Assembly (NCBI GenBank): GCA_030167865.1
Contig: JALAGF010004448.1
Span: 1-58,349, forward strand
DNA: 58,349 bases
Reading direction: 5' to 3'
Source: Craspedostauros australis
Lineage: Eukaryota
Position 1 is the first letter of the stretch. The number at the start of each line of letters is the position of its first letter. The translations under genes and the position numbers were made by a program. This document shows, piece by piece, positions 1 to 9,270 of this stretch. Below the pieces are notes generated by a model. The model saw nothing but the letters and a program-made list of their open reading frames with translations, searched no databases and was not told where the DNA came from.

Positions 1-3
1 CCA

Positions 4-374
4 TGTTCTGACCAAGTGTGATTGTCGATGAGCATGTGAGAGGAGTGAGTGAACAACACGGATGAGTGTACTGAATGAGTGATGAATGTCTGATGAGAAG
101 AGAATGAATCAAGCATCAGCATGCATGCACCTCAGGAGTGTAGACCGATATCTCAGGAGACGAGCATGGTGAAATGCACTTGTCATGAGCAATGAAATGG
201 GNATGACAGAGAGAGATTGCAATGATGATTGTGAGGGGCANCTACAGGANNCCANCAACANCATCATGGGCAAACGAGTNGACGATNTGAGAAATGAGTG
301 TGTTGTTCTCACAGTTCTAAAACGGTACAGTTTAATAAGCATTAGACTATATCTATAACCCCGGATTTCCAACA
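4..374 (-). mobile_element. Probable 5' LTR of a Ty1/copia-like retrotransposon whose body lies left of the window
   Basis: On the minus strand the segment starts TGTTGGAAAT at 374 and ends ...GAACA at 4 (TGTT...AACA termini). It is followed immediately by TGG (positions 3-1), the usual start of a tRNA primer-binding site. It has no credible ORF, is TG/CA-rich, and holds all the N bases of the window (about 200-290), as expected for a collapsed multicopy repeat. Confidence 0.55.
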
Positions 375-1326
375 AACTCAATCTACTCTACTCTATTCTG
401 GACTAATCTTGTGTGCCGATGCTGACCAAGGGATCATTGCTCCCCCAAGCAGGATGGATGCAACGATATACATCCATCCAAGTTGCTGTTGACACGACGG
501 TTGCTGGTGTACGGTATTCCGAAGTAGAACTGAAACGCTATTGCAGAACTTATCAACCATTCTGTCAACTACAATGCTATACGATGAACTAAGCCACAAT
601 GGATGATATCAGGATATAAGGGACTGATCATTGCACATGAGGAACGCATTGGTTGGTACCACATTGTTTTGTGATCATTTCAACCGCATGTTAACACGCG
701 TTGGGGCACACAATAGTTCGCCACGACACATCGTGGTGATTGGCATTCGTGAATGGCAAGAACGAGTGCCGGCACCAGAGAAACGAGCAGATCTCGACAA
801 CTAAACAACCAATCGCCATCAAAGTTGGAGAGGACGATGAAAAGCCATACGTGAGAGTGATCACGAAAGGAGGGCTCAAACGAATGGAGCGGCATGGACT
901 TGCTGAGGAGGTTTGTGGCAGAAAAGGTGTTTTTTGGCCACTTCCCGTGGGACTGACGTACAAAATGTACCAGCGTCTACAGAGATCATGACTCATATGA
1001 CTAGATACCAATTGTTACAAATGGTTCCCAAAAAATGTGGCCTTCGCCCAAGCCAGGAGACACTATGGTCATGAGTATAGAGGATGCATGAGAGAGAGAG
1101 AGGGCAGAAGATTGCACTTTGCAACACTTGCCTACTGGAAGTGTGGGACGGACGGTCTACTGTGTGGCACTACCCTGGGTATGGCATTGTATAATAGGTC
1201 GTACAAGTACGTAGTACACGGATGATTAAGTTTTGATGTATGTTGTTATTCTCCTGCACCATATCAGTCGGGGGCATCAGTGTTGGCAGCCTTACGTTCT
1301 TGTAGCTCGTAGAGAGCCGGCAGCGA

Positions 1327-2914
1327 TCAACCAGCAAAGCAGCCTGGTGGGGTTGGGCAGATGCCCGGATCGGCAGCCAAGATCTTGAAGTAGTTGGCAC
1401 TGGCGAATTCGACGGCCTTTGTTGCGTCGACGTTGTCGCCGTCGATTGCAGCCAACCTGGCCCCCACAATTAGTCCACAGACGCCGTCGGCCGACTCGAA
1501 CCTGCGTGTGTTCTCCAACAACTCACAGAAGCTGTTGGAATTCATGTCGCCCATATTGCGAGCAAAGAAATACCCTGTCAACACATCCATGTTGACGCCA
1601 AGTCTCTTTCCAACGAGGTTCAGTGTGAGTGCAGATGCTCCGTTGAGCTCGGGCATGGTTGCAACATCGACGGGCTCAACCAATGAGACCAGATACTGAC
1701 TGAAGAGGGTCACAACCTGCTTGTCTATGCGAAGCCTGCCTGCCTCGCCAGCTCTCTCCACGAGCCCGAGGATCCCTTCTCCAAGCAGGATGGAAGGAAC
1801 AGGAAGAAGCACGAAAGATTGGACCCCATCGAAGGATCGGTACGGGATGCCGATGGTTCCTGTTGTTGTCAGCTCTCCGGTTTGCGCAGTGTACAACGAA
1901 AGCAGAGGGTTGGAGAAGTTGCCTGGAAGGAAGGTTCTAACGGCATTTTGGAGCCCAGTGATCACTTCTGGGGTAATGGAAGGCGAAACACCAAACACCT
2001 GATTCAGCAGTGGTGTGTTCTCGTAGATTTTTCCCGACACTCCTCTGATTTCGATCTTCCTCAACTGAGCCTGATCGATAGCAGGATCCAACGACCAGAA
2101 TGCCAGAACCTTCTCAAGCCTGTCGCACACCGCCTCGGTGAACTGTCCGTCGCTCCCAACGCCTGGATTACCTGGGATGCAAGCATTTGATCCACCGAGG
2201 GCTGTGAGCAGAAACGCTGCCCCTTCACCGGGGCCACCAACCGGGATGACATTGAATTGAGCGAGCTGCTGCTTGACTTGATCGTTTGGAATTTGAGCGA
2301 GTTGCTCGTAATAGAACGCGGTGGAGCTGAACCTCCAGGATTCAGTGTCGATCTCCATCCCGCCTGCCTTGGAGCCCTTGGATGTAGGTCCAGCACCAGA
2401 TCCCTTGAGACGACGAGTCTTTCCCAGCACGACTTCCGTATCTGATATGGTTCGTGCGTGGAGATAGAATGATTGAATGGCAAATGGAAGTAGAAGCGTC
2501 CGTGTCCGCGAACGCGCACGTACATGCGAAAGTGAACGGGTTGGTGCATCGTAGCAGCAGAGCCGAATGCCAGGAGTGAGTGACCATCGTCAGAAGGCAA
2601 GGTGTGGAATGCAGACAAGGAATGTTCGCCTCATCGAATTTCAAGCGATGCAGTAGATGTTCATAGAGAACAGGATTCACGAGACGGAAAGGCGTGTGGC
2701 CAGAGCGAACAACGAGAATAACAGTGGCATACTCCTCTGTCTCTGTCTCTCTCTCTGTCTCTGGATTGGCAGCTGCTCCCAATAGTGTGCTCGTGCTCCT
2801 TCCGCCAAGCATCGAACAGGACATCCTGAAGAGCTGTGCGTACCTTCGCCCAAAGTGAAGCCCATGAATGTGCTCATGAAGGACAACGCAAGCGCTGCTT
2901 TTCCAAATGAAACC

Positions 2915-2916
<2 letters not shown>
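1327..2916 (-). CDS. Secreted protein, about 395 aa, neutral zinc metallopeptidase-like but without HExxH; exons 2916-2844 and 2441-1327
   Basis: Signal-peptide exon MVSFGKAALALSFMSTFMGFTLGE ends at the donor G|GTACGC (2843). The acceptor CAG at 2444-2442 joins in frame (E-D-T-E-V-V-L-G-K-T-R-R-L) to the 367-aa ORF. Blocks LAFW, LPGNFSNPLLSL, SILLGEGIL and MDVLTGYFFAR resemble putative neutral zinc metallopeptidases (from memory, not searched). Confidence 0.7.
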
Positions 2917-2951
<35 letters not shown>

Positions 2952-2958
2952 CGATGAT
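2915..2958. repeat. (ATG/CAT)n microsatellite, 12 perfect units plus a degenerate tail, abutting the start codon of the minus-strand gene
   Basis: Read directly from the sequence. Confidence 0.95.
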
Positions 2959-4364
2959 CCAATTGTATGTGCTCTGGTGGAGTCTTGTGGATTTGTCTCC
3001 GTCGCTGTTGTTGTTTTGAGCGTTGGTGTTATTGCTGCTGTTGCTTCGAATGGCTGCTTCGAATGACGTCGAATCCGTTTTATGAGACCAGATCGTGCAG
3101 CACTTTCCTCGCGAGTATTTTGCTCAACGAGAAAGACCTTGCGTTTCCAGATCAGCTGCTTTTGGCAACAGCGACACAAAAGAGTCGGCCTCAAGAGTCA
3201 CTTTGGCTGGTACACCCTGGCGGTCAATGCAATGCATGCCAATACAGGATTGGTGACATGAGTTCACTTCAAAGCCTTTCATCATGCAGAGTGCACATAG
3301 CATACTGCAGTGCCCAACTTCACGCAGATGTTCATGTGGAGTCATGGAGTTATTCGTCCACACAACCATGTCGCTACTATGAGGATTGATAGTGAAGGAA
3401 GCGCCTCCGATCACTCTGTGTCGTGCGCGAGCGTGATCGCTCCGGTCTTTCCGTATAGTATTGACACCGGATCCAACGGCACAATTTCATTGGCCACAAA
3501 CCAAGGATTATTGTCGAGGTGAATGTGACCCTAAGCCTTCCTTGTCCCAGCCATTGTGCATGCTCCCGTCAACGCATAAGTATCATTCGCGGACTCAACG
3601 AATTCATGGTTCCTCCACCGCGGTTGGCACGACCGTTGTTCCGTTGAGGAATGGAATGGGCCGAGTCCAAAAATCCAACGCCCACGAAAACAAGCAGCAA
3701 AAAACGTCGATCTGTTTTGGTGGAGCGTGCGCAGTCGTAGCAAACCACACAAGAGTTTGTCGGTTGTGTCGGTTACACGAGCGAGGCCAACCGCCCAGTT
3801 CCGAGGAGACAGAGAGAAGGGGACAGGGCGAAATGACACTTCGCTGTTGCCATTCTGCGTTCGCTGGTGTTGGCTGGAACACAAAAAATGGAAATCCTGC
3901 TCACGAGAGCAACATAGGGAGACCCAGTTAGCATGCTGCACAAGTATCGTCAACATGGAGGCGTGTGACGATCTCTTAATAGTATTCTACTAAATATTGA
4001 TAGGCATACAACATATACGAGAATAAATGTGTTGGTGTTGGTGTTGCGTCTGCCTGTCTCCTTCTGTGCCCGACCCTACACTCCTGCTCAGATGCGCTCA
4101 TGCCCGTCCGTACCACACTGTGGCATCCTCAAAATGGCCTGAATCAATTGCCGCGCGTCGATGCGAGCACAGGTGAAGCAGGATAACGACAACCAAGCGC
4201 GTCTTGCCCACTAGGCTTGGTGAGATGTACGAAAGTACTCTCCCCTGCCACGCCACATTGGTACAACCGCAATGACGACAAGCACAGAGCGAACTTCCGT
4301 GCCTCACGTGTTCCCCACCGTGATCCGCGAAAACAAGCACCGTCCAACGATCGTGTTTCCGTGA

Positions 4365-7300
4365 TCAAAGGATCAAACCCGACATGGCCTCCTGCTGCGC
4401 GCTGACGAAATTGTCCATGTCGTCCACATCCGGAAAGGCTTCGGTCAGCTCCAGATACAGATCGGGGTTGCACTCCTGCAGCTGCGACGAATGCATGCTG
4501 CCGCCACCGCCGCCGCCATTCTGATGCCATGAGATGGAGTCCATGGAGTCGTGGTCCGTGTAGCCCGAGGATGTGCTCATGGTGTGCTGCGGTCGGAAGG
4601 CGTGGATAGAGGATGAGATGGTGTCAGACTCCATCGACGTCGACATTGACATCGATGTGGAGTGCCCGGATGGTAGAGACAGACTCTCGTGGATGGATGC
4701 CGGTGCCATGTTGCCGTGGTGCGTCGGGGGTGCTCGGCATGACATGCTGCGTGTCAGATCGCGCCCTGCCTGCAACCGGAAGCTACGCTGCCGGTGCGCC
4801 TGCATGCTGGACTGCTCCGGCATTTGCAGCTCCGTCGACTCTCCGATGGACGGGGTCAGTGACGCCCGCCGCAAGCCATTCCGCGACGCGTGTTGCGCAT
4901 CGCCGTGACGGTGCATCGACCAAGATAAGGATGCGTCGTGATCACCTCGCGTTGCGCACATACCGGCCGTACCCCGGTTCGAGGATCGGCCGGTAATGCC
5001 GGGATGAATCAGTCCGCTGCCGGACGCTGATACAGTGCGTCTTGGCCCTGGTCTTGGCATGCGTGGGCTGGAGGCCGCCGCTGCTGGTGGCAGGCTGCCG
5101 TTGCTGCAGCTGCGTGGTGGCAGCGACCTCCTCGACCGTCCGGATCTGTTGGATTGGAACGACGGATCCCTGGTGAGATGATCGCGATTGGGAGCACAGG
5201 AATTGCTGCTGCTGCTATTGCTATGGCTGCTGTTGTCGGTTGCCATGCGGGAAGTGCCCTGCGCAGTGCTGGATGCACTCGACCGATCCAAGATCTGCGT
5301 CTGCAACGATGTGATCAGCTGCAGGATCATGCGGCTTCCCACCTGGTTGCTGTCCAGGCCATTGACGACGGGTATGTTAAAGCTGCTGTCAGAGTTGCCG
5401 CCGTTGTGTGTACCGTCGTGGGTGCCGCTGTGGATACTGTTATGGAGATTGGGGGATTGGGGGCACAGGATGGACTGCTGCATCGCACCCAGGATGAAGC
5501 CAGCACCTTCGTCGCTGATGCGATTGTTCGCCAGATCGATCTCCAATGGATCTTCGTTGCTGCCATCGCTGGCACCGACGTTGCTCGTGTTGGACGTGCT
5601 ACGAGCACTTGTAGTATGTCCAGATGCACGGTTCGAGTGCCGCGAGACGCTCTGGATGTAGTCCGAAACAGCGGACGCGCCAACATCAGTCACTTCGTTG
5701 CTGCACATGGACAGCTTCCGCAACGCGCTTCTCGTGTTCTGTCCCAACGATTGCAGGATGCACTTGATGCCTTCGTCGCCGAGCGTGTTGTGATCCAGGA
5801 GCAGACTCTGCAGGGTGCAATTCTCCGCCAGAGCTTCGCCGATGCCCTTCCCCGCATGCACCGTGATGTGATTGCTGGTCAACGACAGGCATGTGAGAGA
5901 CGATACAGTCGCGAACTGCAGCGTGCGGAAGATCCGGGAAGCGCCCAGATCTGCGATGCGGTTGTGCGACAGTCGCAGCGTCTGGAGTTGGTTGGAACCA
6001 AAGGGTTGCAGCTGCAGCATCTGCCCGATGTACCGGGCACCTTCGTCATCGATGCCACTCGATCGGAGACATAGCACCTTCAGCATGTCGGGCGGGTTGC
6101 TGCGCAGGGCGTTGACCATCTCTTCCAGGGTGCTGTCGGTTTGAGCGCAATGATCAAGCAGCAGGGTCTTCTTCCCATCGCACAGGGAGCCGAGGATGGC
6201 ACGGACGTCCTTGGCGCAGAGCTGCGGCTGGCTGGAGAAATCCAGGACCGTGGCAAGCTTCGAGACGTTGCTGGGGTAATGCGAGGACTGCGACAATCGG
6301 TGATGATCCGCGGCTCTGCTGCGCTGCTGAGCGTTGTCTCGATTGACTAACGGAGCGATGGTATCATCCAGAATCGGGTTTCCGCGTCCAGGAGGGGCCA
6401 TGGAGATGGTCGATGACGACAGGGATCTCGATCTGTTGAGCGGAGACAGCATCACCGGCGTGCCTTGTGAATCTGCGACGCCGCCGGCGATGCCAGTATT
6501 GCTGTTGCTGTTGGTGGCAGTGTCGCGGTTTGTGTTGCGGTTAGTGGCATGATCAGTCATAAGTACGCTCACGCTTCTTGCTCTGCCTCTCAACGACCGA
6601 ACTGGTCTTGTATGAGAATGAGAATGAGAGCTACCCACAGTCTCACCCAACGCGGCATTATTTGGGGAATTTGAAGGAGAAACAACACGCTGCGTCTTCG
6701 GTCCCGCTCCCGCTCTTGGCGACAGTGATGGTGTTGGTGCTGGTGAAGCGACCATCGTTGGGGCCAACCCTAGTGTCGCAGCAGATTTTGGCGCAGTCGG
6801 CGATGTTGACGTCGGCACTGGTGGTGCAGATTCGAGAGCCGCGGCAACAGACCCTTCAATGCTCCTGTCGTGCTGGGAGTCTGGCGTCATCGGCAGCTGG
6901 GTGGGGAATGCCGATCTGTCGCGTGTCACTTCTTTCTTGGAGGCATTTCGCTTTGGCGAGAATCTGCTGTGGAAGGAACCTTTCGTCTTGCGCCTGCGGC
7001 TGTCCTTGTGTTTGTCAATCACCGTGCCTCGTTCATGATTGGATTCGGGCGACGACGACGAGGAGAAGAAGGAGAAGGACGATCGGCGGCGCTGGCTCCC
7101 GTTCCTGTTGGAAGCGCTGGAGTCGCCCACGTTCTGCAACCTGGACGAGCGCGACGATCCTCGCTTCGGCGAAAGGCCTTGCGCAGGCACGGGCTGCAGA
7201 GGCGTCGCCATAGCCGACAGCTTCTGGGCCTGTTCCAACGTGTAGCACGTTGCCTGGATGCAGTAGCCATTGTAGATGGTGTATTCGCCAGTGGCGTCAT

Positions 7301-7643
7301 CCTTGTCCGTGAGCGGGTGGTTGCGCTTCCCCCTCGTTCCGAAGAGACCCTTGTGGCTGATCGAATGCGTCTGCGTGTGACCGCAGATGTGGCACAGCCC
7401 ATGGCATTCGCAGTACGTCTCGAAGTCTTGGCCGTGCAGGATGCGACCGTTCTTCAGGACGATGGTGCTGCCGCGGCCTGAGCCGAGGCTGGTGGAAGCC
7501 CGGCGAGCGGTCTTTCGGGCTCCCTTGCGCTTCGGACTCAATTGGCAGAGTGTCCGCGACGAGCTGCGGAGCGATCCGCTTGTGGTGGCAATCGTGCTGA
7601 TCGGTCCCGTCGCACTGACTGTGGTGACTGTGCTTGGCGCCAT
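4365..7643 (-). CDS. Leucine-rich repeat (RNI-like) protein, about 1092 aa, with an N-terminal Cys/His cluster and long Ser-rich disordered regions
   Basis: Long ORF, first ATG at 7643 (the listed start at 7706 is TTG). Central repeats: LKVLCLRSSGIDDEGARYI, LQTLRLSHNRIADLGA, LQSLLLDHNTLGDEGIKCI, LRKLSMCSNEVTDVGA, IDLANNRISDEGA. Confidence 0.85.
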   Translation of the reverse strand: MAPSTVTTVSATGPISTIATTSGSLRSSSRTLCQLSPKRKGARKTARRASTSLGSGRGSTIVLKNGRILHGQDFETYCECHGLCHICGHTQTHSISHKGLFGTRGKRNHPLTDKDDATGEYTIYNGYCIQATCYTLEQAQKLSAMATPLQPVPAQGLSPKRGSSRSSRLQNVGDSSASNRNGSQRRRSSFSFFSSSSSPESNHERGTVIDKHKDSRRRKTKGSFHSRFSPKRNASKKEVTRDRSAFPTQLPMTPDSQHDRSIEGSVAAALESAPPVPTSTSPTAPKSAATLGLAPTMVASPAPTPSLSPRAGAGPKTQRVVSPSNSPNNAALGETVGSSHSHSHTRPVRSLRGRARSVSVLMTDHATNRNTNRDTATNSNSNTGIAGGVADSQGTPVMLSPLNRSRSLSSSTISMAPPGRGNPILDDTIAPLVNRDNAQQRSRAADHHRLSQSSHYPSNVSKLATVLDFSSQPQLCAKDVRAILGSLCDGKKTLLLDHCAQTDSTLEEMVNALRSNPPDMLKVLCLRSSGIDDEGARYIGQMLQLQPFGSNQLQTLRLSHNRIADLGASRIFRTLQFATVSSLTCLSLTSNHITVHAGKGIGEALAENCTLQSLLLDHNTLGDEGIKCILQSLGQNTRSALRKLSMCSNEVTDVGASAVSDYIQSVSRHSNRASGHTTSARSTSNTSNVGASDGSNEDPLEIDLANNRISDEGAGFILGAMQQSILCPQSPNLHNSIHSGTHDGTHNGGNSDSSFNIPVVNGLDSNQVGSRMILQLITSLQTQILDRSSASSTAQGTSRMATDNSSHSNSSSSNSCAPNRDHLTRDPSFQSNRSGRSRRSLPPRSCSNGSLPPAAAASSPRMPRPGPRRTVSASGSGLIHPGITGRSSNRGTAGMCATRGDHDASLSWSMHRHGDAQHASRNGLRRASLTPSIGESTELQMPEQSSMQAHRQRSFRLQAGRDLTRSMSCRAPPTHHGNMAPASIHESLSLPSGHSTSMSMSTSMESDTISSSIHAFRPQHTMSTSSGYTDHDSMDSISWHQNGGGGGGSMHSSQLQECNPDLYLELTEAFPDVDDMDNFVSAQQEAMSGLIL

Positions 7644-9114
7644 TGTGTTCCGAACGGATCTGGACTGATGCTGGGACTGATACTTGGAAGTGATGCTTGG
7701 AAACAATGGGTGCTCTCCTTTGCGACAGCCTGGGTGGTATGTTGCGGTAGACGATGGGCGCCTGGCGGATTGTGTTATACTAGCTTGTGCTCTACTCTGC
7801 TGTCACTGCTTGTACAAAGGATACTTGCGTTCCTTGTGACGACGGTACCAACAGATGAGAGCGGAGAGAAGAACTCTGCGATGCTGCCACGGAATGATGC
7901 TCTGCTGTGCGAGTACGTTTGATAGTTGTGCGGATGGAAAACTGGGAGGTGGATGGATCGAATTGTAAGCTGAGTGGTACGATCTGCTGGTACGAACGTG
8001 GCATGGGTTGTGAGGAGTGGCAGAACACAAAGCAGGCCAAAGAGGAAAGGAAAGGAAAGGATACACCACGCGCTCCCGCGAGCACGAGGATCCGTGCGCA
8101 TTGGTAAGTCGCGTACTGTAGACGGCATTGGTGCGACTGCATGCGGAAGAGAGGGACAAACGAAATACGAGTTCGAGCCACGAGCAGGGAGGCAGTGCTG
8201 TCCCTCGGTGCCGTCTTGCGCATTGAGTGCGTGAGCGGAGGAGAAGCGCTGGCATGATGGCTGCGCTGCTTCTCTTTCTGGGCCGAGTTCCTCCACTCCG
8301 CTCTGATCTCTGATCGGAAAGGGACAAACGCACGCGTCTTTGTGCGCCCAAAGAGAACACGGGATGAGACGGATCTTTGCATCCCCTCGTTTCTCTCGTT
8401 TCCCCCTCCCAATTCACGCCGTCGGCTCCCTCTTGTCTGCGAGCCACTTTATGAATCACATTGGGCGTCACAGGTCACGACATAGCGTCGTGACAGTTCC
8501 TGGCGAAGAGGAGCGACATGGATGCAGCCAGCGGCAACAGCGGCGTCCCCAATCCCCTCCCCTCTCTTGCTTCGTTGCCTGATGTGGACTTTGCGCCGAT
8601 GTTAACGCCTGTGGAAGCGCCTCGCCAAATCCAAGACGAACAAAGCCGCAATACAGGGAGTATAGTAGTTCGTACACCATCAAAGGTTGAATCATACTCG
8701 TACGGCTACCCGCAGCTCGTGCAACACAAGATGGTGGTTTATGTCCGCCCAGTAGCACGATGTCATTGATGCAAACAGACCTAATCGTACGATGGCGTTG
8801 TCCGTCCTTGAAATGTCTTTGCCAGTTCGTTGCTGCTGCTGCTTCTCTCGTTGGTTGCATACTACTACGACAACGAGTACGGGTTAAGAGGACTACGACT
8901 ATGAACATTCGAAAGGAATGCTGTGACCAGAAAACAAGACTCTGGAGCGGAAATGACAAAACAATCGTTCTCTGACGCAGACGTGCCAACCAAGGACCAA
9001 TTCGCACGGTTTGGCGCCACGCTTGTGATCCGTCTGGTCTTTCATCGACTAGATCGACCATACTCCGAAACTGAAATTCGCATGCCGCCATCCGACTCGC
9101 TGGAATGTAAGAAA

Positions 9115-9170
9115 TGGCGCGAAACTGAAAAAATCAGCGAGCGCGTGCGAACTCGTCTCGTTCGCGCCAA
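9115..9170. promoter_or_regulatory. Inverted pair of E2F-like sites upstream of the 9271 gene
   Basis: TGGCGCGAAA at 9115-9124 (reverse complement TTTCGCGCCA, matching TTTSSCGC) and TTCGCGCCAA at 9161-9170, 100-155 bp upstream of the ATG. Confidence 0.35.
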
Positions 9171-9270
9171 TTTTGCGCGTTCAGAACAAGGTGAGTGCGA
9201 CCGTGTTCGTGGGAATACTGTTGCGGTCTCGTGTTTGTTTTGGCGACAGTCTCCAGATGCACGATGAGAG

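Noticed and set aside
452-479. 9-bp inverted repeat GGATGGATG...CATCCATCC
   Set aside because: Short and low-complexity, with no associated feature; likely chance.
2342-2962. ORF starting with a poly-His run
   Set aside because: An artefact of the CAT microsatellite; it runs through the intron of the real gene in another frame.
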